64,000 nucleotides of DNA, from the NCBI GenBank assembly GCA_001303245.1, contig LJNS01000001.1, positions 40,822 through 104,821 on the forward strand. Reading direction: 5' to 3'. The DNA is from Gammaproteobacteria bacterium SG8_30 (lineage in GTDB: Bacteria > Pseudomonadota > Gammaproteobacteria > Steroidobacterales > Steroidobacteraceae). The position numbers and the translations under genes were made by a program. A model generated the notes under the pieces. That model did not search any database, was not told the origin of the DNA, and worked only from the letters and a program-made list of their open reading frames with translations. This document shows positions 47,224-56,121 of the stretch, piece by piece. How positions within the stretch are numbered: position 1 is the first letter of the stretch; every line of letters begins with the position of its first letter.

Positions 47224-48723
47224 ATGGCAGCCAATCCCGACAGCCTGCGGATTTCCGACGTCCCATCGCGGGCGCGCACGGTGGCCTTCGCGCGGGGCGA
47301 CGGCATCGGTCCCGAGATCACCGACGCCGTGCTGACGGTCATGGAGGCGGCCGGCGCAAGACTCGACCTGCAGGAGGTGCCGCTGGGCCGCGGGGTCTAC
47401 GAGTCCGGGACGCGCTCCGGTGTCGACCCTGCGGCATGGGACATCCTCCGGGGCAGCCGCGCCTTCCTCAAGGCACCGGTGTCGACGCCTCAGGGCGGCG
47501 GCTTCAAGAGCGTCAACGTCACGATACGCAAGTCGCTCGGCCTGTTTGCCAACGTACGGCCATGCCGCAGCTACCACCCCTTCGTCGCGTCGCGCCACCC
47601 GTCGATGGATGTCGTCATCGTGCGCGAGAACGAGGAGGACACCTACGCGGGAATCGAGCACCGCGCCACGGCGGAGGTCGTGCAGTGCCTGAAGCTCGTG
47701 TCCCGGCCGGGCTGCGAGCGCGTGATCCGCTACGCCTTCAACTATGCGCGGGACCGCGGACGGCGCAAGGTGTCCTGCCTGACCAAGGACAACATCATGA
47801 AGCTGACCGACGGTCTCTTTCACGAGGTCTTCGACGAGGTGGCGGCCGGCTACCCGGATCTGCTGGCCGAGCATCACATCGTCGACGCCGGGGCCGCCCG
47901 CCTCACGACCCGTCCGGAGAAATTCGACGTCATCGTCACACCCAACCTGTACGGGGACATCCTGTCCGACGTCGCGGCCGAAATTTCCGGGTCGATCGGC
48001 CTGGCGGCGTCGGCCAACGTCGGCGACGAGTTCGCGATGTTCGAGGCCGTGCACGGGTCGGCTCCGGACATCGCCGGTCGGGACCTCGCGAATCCCTCGG
48101 GCCTGCTGCTGGCCGGCGTGATGATGCTCGGCCACGTGGGCCTCGCCGAGGAAGCCTCCCGGGTCCACAACGCCTGGCTGCGGGTGCTGGAGCGGGGCCT
48201 GCACACCGCCGACATCTTCCAGCACGGCGTGAGCAGCCGCCGGGTGGGCACCCGAGAGTTCGCCCGCGCGATAGTCGCCGAACTCGGTTCCGCACCTCGT
48301 CGCCTCCAGGCTGTCCAGTACGGCCCGACCCGGACCGGCGTCCGGCGTCCCGCGCACTCGCGGCCGCCGCGTCGACCCCGCAAGGACCTCGTCGGCATCG
48401 ACGTGTTCCTGGACTGGGACGAGGACGGACGCGACCCGGTGGCGCTGGCTGGTCGCCTGGCGAGCGCCGGCTCGCCAGCCCTCGAGCTCAGGATGATCAC
48501 GAACCGCGGCGTCAAGGTCTGGCCCGCCGGCCTGCCCGAGACCTTCCGCACGGACCACTGGCGCTGCCGGTTCCTGCGCCGCGACCCGGGCCGGCCGCTG
48601 CGACACGCCGAGCTGCAGAGCCTCCTCGCGGCCATCTCGGGCGCGGGCCTCGACTACGTCAAGACCGAGCACCTGCACGAGTTCGACGGCGTGCCCGGCT
48701 ACTCGTCCGGCCAGGGGGAATGA
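47224..48723 (+). CDS. icd: isocitrate dehydrogenase of the isocitrate/isopropylmalate DH family, with a ~140-aa C-terminal extension
   Basis: GDGIGPEIT, VNVTIRKSLGLFANVRPC, VIVRENEEDTYAGIEH, NLYGDILSDVAA, GSAPDIAG. An extra C-terminal domain (..IDVFLDWDEDGRD..) resembles the ~480-aa mainly alphaproteobacterial ICDH type. Confidence 0.82.
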   Translation: MAANPDSLRISDVPSRARTVAFARGDGIGPEITDAVLTVMEAAGARLDLQEVPLGRGVYESGTRSGVDPAAWDILRGSRAFLKAPVSTPQGGGFKSVNVTIRKSLGLFANVRPCRSYHPFVASRHPSMDVVIVRENEEDTYAGIEHRATAEVVQCLKLVSRPGCERVIRYAFNYARDRGRRKVSCLTKDNIMKLTDGLFHEVFDEVAAGYPDLLAEHHIVDAGAARLTTRPEKFDVIVTPNLYGDILSDVAAEISGSIGLAASANVGDEFAMFEAVHGSAPDIAGRDLANPSGLLLAGVMMLGHVGLAEEASRVHNAWLRVLERGLHTADIFQHGVSSRRVGTREFARAIVAELGSAPRRLQAVQYGPTRTGVRRPAHSRPPRRPRKDLVGIDVFLDWDEDGRDPVALAGRLASAGSPALELRMITNRGVKVWPAGLPETFRTDHWRCRFLRRDPGRPLRHAELQSLLAAISGAGLDYVKTEHLHEFDGVPGYSSGQGE

Positions 48724-48726
48724 GGC

Positions 48727-48754
48727 CTTGAAACGGGGCGCCGCGCGCCCATCA
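48727..48754 (+). promoter_or_regulatory. sigma32 (heat-shock)-like promoter: CTTGAAA - 14 nt - CCCATCA, upstream of htpX
   Basis: Read directly: ggCCTTGAAAcggggcgccgcgcgCCCATcaa versus the consensus CTTGAAA-N13-15-CCCCATNT. htpX is a classical sigma32 regulon member in E. coli. Confidence 0.45.
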
Positions 48755-48780
48755 ACGTGACGGCTGGACTGGTACGATGT

Positions 48781-48809
48781 CGGCCGGCACCCGGAACCGG
48801 TGCCGGCCG
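48781..48809 (+). other. strong GC hairpin (11-bp perfect stem, 7-nt loop) between icd and htpX
   Basis: 48781-48791 pairs perfectly with 48799-48809 (checked base by base). No U-tract follows. It is either a U-tract-less icd terminator or a structured htpX leader. Confidence 0.5.
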
Positions 48810-48854
48810 CAGTTGTCAGATTGCACGCCCCGTCGGGCGTTCGGGACGGAAACC

Positions 48855-49739
48855 ATGAAGCGCATACTGCTGTTCGTCGTCACCAACTTCGCGATCCTCA
48901 TCGTCGCGAGCATCACGCTCCGCCTACTGGGTCTCGAGTACTGGCTCACCGCCCAGGGCATCAACTTCACCTCTTTGCTCGTCTTCGGGGCGTTGCTCGG
49001 CTTCGGCGGCTCGTTCTTCTCGCTCGCCATCTCCAAGTGGAGCGCGAAGAAGATGATGGGCGTGCGCGTGATCGAGCAGCCGTCCAACGAGGTCGAGCGC
49101 TGGCTCGTCGAGGCCGTAAGGCGCCAGGCGCAGCAGGCGGGCATAGGCATGCCCGAGGTCGGCTACTTCGACTCGCCCGAGCCGAACGCCTTCGCGACCG
49201 GCGCGAGCCGCAACGCCTCGCTCGTCGCCGTCTCCACCGGCCTGGTCAACCGCATGTCCAGGGAAGAGGTGGAGGCGGTGCTCGGTCACGAAGTGAGCCA
49301 CGTCGCCAACGGGGACATGGTGACGCTCGCGCTGATCCAGGGCGTGGTCAACACGTTCGTCTTCGTGCTGTCGCGGCTGATCGGCCAGGTCGTCGATCGC
49401 GTCGTGTTCCGCAGCGAGAATGGCCACGGCCCGGGGTTCTGGATCACCACGATCGTGGCGGAGCTCGTGCTCGCCTTCCTCGCGACCATGATCGTCATGT
49501 GGTTCTCGCGCCAGCGCGAGTTCCGGGCCGACGCCGGCGGCGCACACCTCGCCGGCCGCCATCACATGATCGGCGCCCTGGAAGCACTGCGCCGGAATCA
49601 GCCGCACGCGCTCCCGGACAGGATGGCTGCGTTCGGCATCGCCGGCGGCGGCATCGGGGCCGGGCTGCGCAAGCTGTTCATGAGCCACCCGCCGCTCGAG
49701 GAGCGGATCGCCGCGCTGCGCGCCGGCCAGCCGGCCTGA
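48855..49739 (+). CDS. htpX: membrane zinc protease HtpX
   Basis: Trimmed to [22 protein letters not shown].. Zinc motif [10 protein letters not shown] (HExxH). C-terminal [13 protein letters not shown]. Confidence 0.9.
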   Translation: MKRILLFVVTNFAILIVASITLRLLGLEYWLTAQGINFTSLLVFGALLGFGGSFFSLAISKWSAKKMMGVRVIEQPSNEVERWLVEAVRRQAQQAGIGMPEVGYFDSPEPNAFATGASRNASLVAVSTGLVNRMSREEVEAVLGHEVSHVANGDMVTLALIQGVVNTFVFVLSRLIGQVVDRVVFRSENGHGPGFWITTIVAELVLAFLATMIVMWFSRQREFRADAGGAHLAGRHHMIGALEALRRNQPHALPDRMAAFGIAGGGIGAGLRKLFMSHPPLEERIAALRAGQPA

Positions 49740-49814
49740 TGCCCCTTCGGTGACCAAGGGCGCGCCGGTCGCCGCGCCGGCGTCCGCCTCCCCGGCACCC
49801 GCACGGGGAGCCGC

Positions 49815-51383
49815 GTGGCGACCGACGTGAGGGCCACGCGATCGCTGGTGGTCGTGCTCGGCGACCAGCTCGACATCCGCTCTGCGGCGTTCGACGGATT
49901 CGATCCCTCGCAGGACGCGGTCTGGATGGCCGAGGTCAGCGAGGAGTCGGAGCACGTCTGGTCTCACAAGGCCCGCATCGCGCTTTTTCTCGCCGCGATG
50001 CGCCACTTCCGCGACGTGCTGCTCGCGGACGGCAAGACGGTCCACTACCGGCAGCTCGGTCAACACCGCGCAACGACGCTGGCCGACGCGCTCGCCGAGG
50101 ACCTCGAGCGCCTGTCGCCGTCGCGCGTCGTGCTCGTGAGACCGGGCGACTGGCGCGTGCTCCGCGCTCTCGAGGAGGCCACGAGGTCCGCCGGGCTCCA
50201 GCTCGAGGAGCGCGCGGACCGGCACTTCCTGTGCGGACCGGCCGATTTCGCCCGCTGGGCGGAAGGGCGGCGGGAGCTCAGGCTCGAGCACTTCTATCGC
50301 TGGATGCGCCGGCGGACCGGGCTGCTGATGGACCGGGACGCGCCGGTCGGGGGCGCGTGGAACTTCGATCGCGAGAATCGCTCGGGCTTCGGCAGGCGCG
50401 GACCGGGGGTGGTGCCTTCACCACGTCGCTTCCATCCGGACGACACGACGCGGGCCGTCCTGCGCGAGGTCCAGTCCCGCTTCCTGGAACACCCGGGCTC
50501 GCTCGAGCACTTCGACTGGCCCGTTACGCGCGCACAGGCGCTCGCGGCGCTCGAGGACTTCGTCGAGCACCGTCTTCCGCGCTTCGGGCGCTACCAGGAC
50601 GCGATGTGGCATGGCGAGCCCTGGCTCTATCACTCGCGCCTGTCCGCGGCGCTCAACCTCAAGCTGCTCTCGCCGCTCGAGGCATGCCGGGCAGTCGAGA
50701 AGGCATGTCGTGAAGGTCGGGCTCCGGTTGCCGCGGCCGAGGGTTTCGTCCGCCAGGTGCTTGGCTGGCGCGAGTTCGTGCGCGGCCTCTACTGGCGATT
50801 CATGCCCGGGTACGCCGAACGCAACGAACTCGGCGCCGGCCAGCCGCTGCCCGCGTTCTTCTGGACCGGCGAGACCGACATGGCGTGCCTGGCCGACGCG
50901 CTGCGCCAGACGCTGGCGCTCGGCTACGCCCATCACATCCAGCGGCTGATGGTCACGGGCCTGTTCGCGCTGCTGCTGGGCGTGCGCCCCAGGGAAGTCC
51001 ACGAGTGGTACCTGGCGATCTACGTCGATGCAGTCGAGTGGGTCGAGCTGCCGAACACGGTCGGCATGTCGCAGTACGCAGACGGCGGCGTGATGGCATC
51101 CAAGCCCTACGTCGCCACCGGCAAGTACATCGACAGGATGAGCAACCTCTGCGGTGCTTGCCGCTACGATCCCGCCCGCTCGACGGGAGCGGACGCCTGC
51201 CCCTTCACGACGCTGTACTGGGACTTCCTCGACCGGCACGAGGAGCGGTTCCGCGAGCACCCGCGCATGGGCCTGCAGGTCCGCAACCTCCGCAGGCTGG
51301 ATGAATCCACCCGCCGGGCCGTGCGCGAACTGGCGAAGGAGCTGCGCGGGCAGCTATCGGCACGGCTGCCCCGCCGCCCCTGA
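49815..51383 (+). CDS. FeS-cluster cryptochrome/photolyase (FeS-BCP, bacterial (6-4) photolyase/CryB type)
   Basis: N-terminus ..LVVVLGDQL..VWMAEV.EES.HVWSHK. Cys pattern C..(about 88 aa)..CGAC-x12-C (MACLADAL .. CGACRYDPARSTGADACPF) matches the 4Fe-4S ligands of PhrB/CryB. GTG start. Confidence 0.85.
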   Translation: MATDVRATRSLVVVLGDQLDIRSAAFDGFDPSQDAVWMAEVSEESEHVWSHKARIALFLAAMRHFRDVLLADGKTVHYRQLGQHRATTLADALAEDLERLSPSRVVLVRPGDWRVLRALEEATRSAGLQLEERADRHFLCGPADFARWAEGRRELRLEHFYRWMRRRTGLLMDRDAPVGGAWNFDRENRSGFGRRGPGVVPSPRRFHPDDTTRAVLREVQSRFLEHPGSLEHFDWPVTRAQALAALEDFVEHRLPRFGRYQDAMWHGEPWLYHSRLSAALNLKLLSPLEACRAVEKACREGRAPVAAAEGFVRQVLGWREFVRGLYWRFMPGYAERNELGAGQPLPAFFWTGETDMACLADALRQTLALGYAHHIQRLMVTGLFALLLGVRPREVHEWYLAIYVDAVEWVELPNTVGMSQYADGGVMASKPYVATGKYIDRMSNLCGACRYDPARSTGADACPFTTLYWDFLDRHEERFREHPRMGLQVRNLRRLDESTRRAVRELAKELRGQLSARLPRRP

Positions 51384-51439
51384 CCTGGCCGGCGCACCAC
51401 GGCGAAGCGCCGAGCGTGCTTCCTGCCGGAGGAGCGAAC

Positions 51440-52876
51440 TTGTCGATTGCCATCGTCTGGTTCCGCCGCGACCTGCGCCTGACGGACAATGCAGCGCTCG
51501 GCGAGGCGCTGGCCTCGGCCGACGCCGTCGTGCCGGTCTACGTCCATGCTCCCGACGAGGAAGGTCCCTGGGCACCGGGCGCCGCCAGCCGCTGGTGGCT
51601 CCATTACAGCCTGAAGGAACTGGACAAGTCCCTGGCCGGACGCGGCAGTCGCCTGGTGGTGCGCCACGGCCCGAGCCTCGATGCGCTGCTCGCGCTCGTG
51701 GAGGAGACCGGCGCCGGTGCGGTGCACTGGAGCCGGCTCTACGAGCCTGCCCTCCTCGAGCGCGACAAGCGCATCGAACGCGAGCTCGCAGACCGTGGCA
51801 TCCAGGCCGCGTCGCACGGCGGCCACCTGCTGGTCGAGCCCTGGGCGGTGAAGACCGGCCAGGGGGATCCGTACCGCGTCTTCACGCCCTTCTGGCGGGC
51901 CTGCAGCCCCCTGCTCGGCGAGCTTGCCCCCCCGGCACGAGCGCCTCGCCGCCTGCCGGGCGGCGACGCGCTGCCGCGCAGCGTCGAGCTCGGCGAGCTG
52001 GGCCTGCTGCCCACGATCCGGTGGGATTCCGGCCTGGCCGAGAAATGGTCACCGGGTGAGACCGGTGCGGCCGCGGCACTCGCACGCTTCGCCCAAGAGT
52101 CGCTCGGCGCGTACGACGCCGACCGCAACCGGCCCGACCTCGCCGGCACATCCCGCTTGTCACCACACCTTCATTTCGGCGAGCTTTCGCCGCGGCAGGC
52201 CTTCGCGGCGGCGCGTGCACCGGGCCTCGGCGACTCGAAGGGCGCGGAGTCCTTCACACGGGAGCTCGGCTGGCGCGAGTTCTCCCACCACCTGCTCTTC
52301 CACTTTCCGCATACGACCGATGCGCCGCTCGACGCACGATTCGACCGTCTGGAATGGCAGCGAGACACCGCACGACTGGAGGCGTGGCGACGCGGCCGCA
52401 CCGGCTATCCGATCGTGGACGCGGGGATGCGGGAACTGTGGCACACGGGCTGGATGCACAACCGCGTGCGCATGATCGTCGCCTCGCTGCTCACGAAGAA
52501 CCTGTTCATGCACTGGCTCGAAGGGGCGCGCTGGTTCTGGGACACGCTCGTCGACGCGGACCTCGCGAACAATACGCTCGGCTGGCAGTGGACTGCCGGC
52601 TGCGGCGCGGATGCCGCGCCCTACTTCCGGGTCTTCAACCCCGTGCTGCAGGCGGAGAAGTTCGATCCCGCGCGCGACTACATCCGCCGCTGGGTGCCCG
52701 AGCTGGCGAGACTCCCCGACAAGTACATCCACTGCCCCTGGACGGCGCCGCGCGAGATCCTGGACGCGGCCGGCGTGGAGCCGGGCCGCAGCTACCCGCT
52801 GCCCGTCGTCGAGCCTCGGGGTAGCCGCAACGACGCGCTGGCCCGGTTCGAAGCCTTGAAGACCGGCCGCAAGTGA
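51440..52876 (+). CDS. phr: class I CPD deoxyribodipyrimidine photolyase
   Basis: IVWFRRDLRLTDN, TSRLSPHLHFGELS, GWREF, TGYPIVDAGMRELWHTGWMHNRVRMIVASLL, DADLANNTLGWQW. Preferred start is TTG 51440, with GGAGGAG 5 nt upstream. The track start is 51416. Confidence 0.88.
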   Translation: MSIAIVWFRRDLRLTDNAALGEALASADAVVPVYVHAPDEEGPWAPGAASRWWLHYSLKELDKSLAGRGSRLVVRHGPSLDALLALVEETGAGAVHWSRLYEPALLERDKRIERELADRGIQAASHGGHLLVEPWAVKTGQGDPYRVFTPFWRACSPLLGELAPPARAPRRLPGGDALPRSVELGELGLLPTIRWDSGLAEKWSPGETGAAAALARFAQESLGAYDADRNRPDLAGTSRLSPHLHFGELSPRQAFAAARAPGLGDSKGAESFTRELGWREFSHHLLFHFPHTTDAPLDARFDRLEWQRDTARLEAWRRGRTGYPIVDAGMRELWHTGWMHNRVRMIVASLLTKNLFMHWLEGARWFWDTLVDADLANNTLGWQWTAGCGADAAPYFRVFNPVLQAEKFDPARDYIRRWVPELARLPDKYIHCPWTAPREILDAAGVEPGRSYPLPVVEPRGSRNDALARFEALKTGRK

Positions 52877-53118
52877 GGTCGCGAATCCGCGGCGCGGCAG
52901 GACGCGAATGACTGAGGGCCCCGCGTGGCTCATGCACGGACGCGACTACCGATGCCAATTTTTCCTGAAATTACAAGCACTTGCCGTCGCACGGCGAGCC
53001 GGCTCGCGGGGTGCGCCGGCGGGCGAACCGGGCTAAACTCCGGCTTCGCCGGCCGGGCCCACGTACGACGACACGCAGGGGCCGGGCCACGACCGGCCAT
53101 CACTTGCGTCGAAGGGTC

Positions 53119-54087
53119 ATGATGGAAAGTATCGCGCCGCAGGAACGCGACGAGGGTGCTCTGCGCTGGCTCAAGGCCATCGGCCGCTGGTTTGCGGCCG
53201 ATCACGCGCAGCTCCCCGCGCCCGAGCGCCCCGATGCCGTGGAATGGGCGCGCATCGTTCCCTTCATCCTGATGCACGCGGCTTGCCTCGGCGTCGTCTG
53301 GGTGGGCGTGAGTCCCTTCGCGCTCGCCGTCGCGGCGACGCTCTACGTCGTGCGCATGTTCGCCGTCACCGGTTTCTACCACCGGTATTTCTCCCACCGC
53401 ACGTTCCAGGCGTCTCGCCCGGTCCAGTTCGTGTTCGGGCTCCTCGGCGCAACCGCCGTCCAGCGCGGACCCATCTGGTGGGCCGCGCACCACCGCCACC
53501 ACCACGCCCACTCGGACCGTCCGGAGGATCCGCACTCTCCCCTGCACCGGGGTTTCCTGACGAGCCACATGGGGTGGTTCCTGACGAAGGGCGGATTCCG
53601 TCCGGACCTGCGCCGCGTGCGCGACCTGATGCAGTTTCCCGAGTTGCGCTGGCTCGACCGCTTCGACATCGCGGTTCCCGTCGCGCTGGCGGTCGGCCTG
53701 TTCCTGGCCGGCGAGTGGCTCGAGGCGAACCGCCCGGCGCTCGGCACCGACGGCTGGCAGCTGCTGGTTTGGGGCTTTTTCGTCTCGACCGTCGTGCTGT
53801 ACCACGCGACATACACCATCAATTCCCTGTGCCACGTGTTCGGATCCCGCCGCTACGCCACCCGCGACCAGAGTCGCAACAATGCCTGGCTGGCGCTCGT
53901 CACGCTCGGCGAGGGCTGGCACAACAACCACCACTACTACCCGACTTCCGTGCGCCAGGGCTTCTACTGGTGGGAAATCGACCTCACCTACTACGGCCTG
54001 CGGCTCCTGGCCCTGCTAGGCCTCGTCCGTCGGCTGAAGCCCATCCCGCTCGCGGTACGCGACGCGCGTCCGGAGGCAAGGCCGTGA
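53119..54087 (+). CDS. membrane acyl-CoA/acyl-lipid (delta-9-type) fatty acid desaturase
   Basis: Trimmed to MMESIAPQ.. Three His boxes present: HRYFSH, HHRHHHAHSD, HNNHHYYP. Confidence 0.88.
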   Translation: MMESIAPQERDEGALRWLKAIGRWFAADHAQLPAPERPDAVEWARIVPFILMHAACLGVVWVGVSPFALAVAATLYVVRMFAVTGFYHRYFSHRTFQASRPVQFVFGLLGATAVQRGPIWWAAHHRHHHAHSDRPEDPHSPLHRGFLTSHMGWFLTKGGFRPDLRRVRDLMQFPELRWLDRFDIAVPVALAVGLFLAGEWLEANRPALGTDGWQLLVWGFFVSTVVLYHATYTINSLCHVFGSRRYATRDQSRNNAWLALVTLGEGWHNNHHYYPTSVRQGFYWWEIDLTYYGLRLLALLGLVRRLKPIPLAVRDARPEARP

Positions 54088-55361
54088 GGGTCGCGGTGAT
54101 CGGGTCCGGCATCTCCGGCCTCACCGTGGCTGCGGGCCTGGCTCCCCGTCACGCGGTGACCGTGTTCGAGGCCTCGGACCGGGTTGGCGGCCACACCCAC
54201 ACGGTGGAGGTTGACGAGGACGGCGGGCGCATCGCGGTCGACACGGGGTTCATCGTCTTCAACGACTGGACCTACCCCAACTTCGTCGCCATGCTCGAGC
54301 GGCTCGGTGTGCCCTGGCAGCTCTCCAACATGAGCTTCAGCCTGCAATGCGAGCGGACCGGGCTCGAGTACAACGGTACGTCGCTCAACGCCCTGTTCGC
54401 GCAGCGCCGCAACCTGTTCAGGCCGTCCTTCCTGCACATGATCTGGGAGATCCTGCGCTTCAACCGCGAGGCGCCGGCTTTCCTCGCGCGCCACGACGAA
54501 GCGACGTCGCTGGGCGACTGGCTGCAAGCCAACCGCTACGGACGAACCTTCGTCGAGCATTACGTGGTGCCGATGGGGCGCGCGATCTGGTCCGCCGACG
54601 AACAGGCCATGCTCGGCTTCCCGGCCCGGTTCTTCGTCGACTTCTTCCATCGCCACGGCTTCCTCAGCGTGAACGACCGTCCGCAATGGAAGACGGTCCG
54701 CGGCGGCTCGCGCGAATACGTCCGCAAGCTCGTCGCGCCCTTCGCCGACCGGATCCGGACCTCCAGTCCGGTGGTCGCCGTGCGACGGATGCCGCACGAG
54801 GTCGTCGTCCGCACCGTCGGCGGAGACATCAGGCACTTCGACGCGGTGGTCTTCGCCTGTCACAGCGACGAGGCGCTCGCCATGCTCGAGGACCCGAGCG
54901 AGACCGAGGGCGAGATCCTTGGCGCGTTTCCCTACGCGCCGAACGAGGCGATTCTGCACACGGACGAGACGCTCCTGCCGAAGAGCCCGCTCGCCCGGGC
55001 CGCGTGGAACTACCACCTGCAGCGTGACCCCGGGCGCGGCGTGCCCGTGACCTACGACATGAACGTGCTGCAGTCGCTTTCGACCCGTCGCCGCTACCTC
55101 GTCTCGCTCAACGTGGGCGAGCGGATCGACGAGCGCAAGGTGCTGGCGCGCTTCAACTACAGCCACCCCGTATACACGCCGCAGGGAGTGGCCGCGCAGA
55201 AGCGCCACGCCGAGATCAGCGGCCGGCGGCGCAGCTTCTATTGCGGTGCCTACTGGCGCTACGGATTTCACGAGGATGGCGTCGTCAGCGGGCTTACGGC
55301 GCTCGACCAGTTCTCGCGGTGGGAAACCGATGCACAGCAGCCTCTTCAGAGGGTGGGTTAG
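54084..55361 (+). CDS. FAD-dependent (amine-oxidase-like) oxidoreductase of the DUF1365/CFA cluster
   Basis: GTGA overlap with the desaturase stop. VAVIGSGISGLTVA dinucleotide-binding motif. C-terminal ..FYCGAYWRYGFHEDGV. Confidence 0.85.
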   Translation: MRVAVIGSGISGLTVAAGLAPRHAVTVFEASDRVGGHTHTVEVDEDGGRIAVDTGFIVFNDWTYPNFVAMLERLGVPWQLSNMSFSLQCERTGLEYNGTSLNALFAQRRNLFRPSFLHMIWEILRFNREAPAFLARHDEATSLGDWLQANRYGRTFVEHYVVPMGRAIWSADEQAMLGFPARFFVDFFHRHGFLSVNDRPQWKTVRGGSREYVRKLVAPFADRIRTSSPVVAVRRMPHEVVVRTVGGDIRHFDAVVFACHSDEALAMLEDPSETEGEILGAFPYAPNEAILHTDETLLPKSPLARAAWNYHLQRDPGRGVPVTYDMNVLQSLSTRRRYLVSLNVGERIDERKVLARFNYSHPVYTPQGVAAQKRHAEISGRRRSFYCGAYWRYGFHEDGVVSGLTALDQFSRWETDAQQPLQRVG

Positions 55362-56121
55362 GCACCGTCGCCGGTTGCCCGCCGGCAACAGCTTCCGCTA
55401 CCGGCTGTTCATGGTGTACCTGGACCTCGCCGAGCTGCCGCGCGTCTTCGATCGCAGCTGGCTGTGGTCCGCGCGACGGCCCGCGCTCGCGTGGTTCCGG
55501 CGCAAGGACTACCTCGGTCCCGTGGACCTGCCGCTCGAAGAGGCGGTCCGCGCCCGGGTCGAGGCGGAGACGGGCCAGCGTCCCGCCGGGCCGATCAGGA
55601 TGCTCGCTCACCTGCGGTACTTCGGCTACTGCATGAACCCGGTCACCTTCTACTACTGCTTCGATGCCGCGGGCGAGCGCGTGCGGTTCATCGTGGCGGA
55701 AATCAACAACACCCCCTGGGACGAGCGGCACGCCTACGTGCTCGACGCCGACGCTGCGCGACTCGAGGGAGGCGCCTGGCGCTGGCAGTTCGGCAAGTCC
55801 TTCCACGTCTCGCCATTCCTGCCCATGGACATGGACTACGACTGGCGCTTCGACGAGCCGTCGCGCACGCTGCACGTGCACATGGAGAACTGGAAGGACG
55901 GCGAGCGCGTGTTCGACGCGACGCTCGAGCTCGCCCGCCAGTCCATCACGGCGTCCTCTCTGCGCCGCGCGCTCCTTGCCTACCCGTTCATGACACTCCG
56001 GGTCGTCGCGCTGATCTACTGGCAGGCCCTGCGCCTCTGGCTCAAGCGCACGCCCTTCTTCACCCATCCCGCCAAGCTCGCCACCCGCGCGGACGGCGAG
56101 CCCACCGGAACTCCCCGATGA
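55330..56121 (+). CDS. DUF1365 family protein
   Basis: Trimmed to MHSSLFRGWVRHRRRLPAGNSFRYRLFMVYLDL.. (typical DUF1365 N-terminus G.V.H.R..P..H.F.Y). Overlaps the upstream gene by 32 nt. Confidence 0.8.
   Translation: MHSSLFRGWVRHRRRLPAGNSFRYRLFMVYLDLAELPRVFDRSWLWSARRPALAWFRRKDYLGPVDLPLEEAVRARVEAETGQRPAGPIRMLAHLRYFGYCMNPVTFYYCFDAAGERVRFIVAEINNTPWDERHAYVLDADAARLEGGAWRWQFGKSFHVSPFLPMDMDYDWRFDEPSRTLHVHMENWKDGERVFDATLELARQSITASSLRRALLAYPFMTLRVVALIYWQALRLWLKRTPFFTHPAKLATRADGEPTGTPR

Noticed and set aside
52925-53122. 65-aa ORF in the 242-bp gap between the CPD photolyase and the desaturase, and a search there for ECF-sigma (GAAC..CGT) or sigma70 promoter motifs.
   Set aside because: The ORF has no coding bias or RBS. 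I found only weak, non-convincing promoter-like hexamers and a 5-bp AATTT/AAATT inverted repeat, which is not enough to call a feature.
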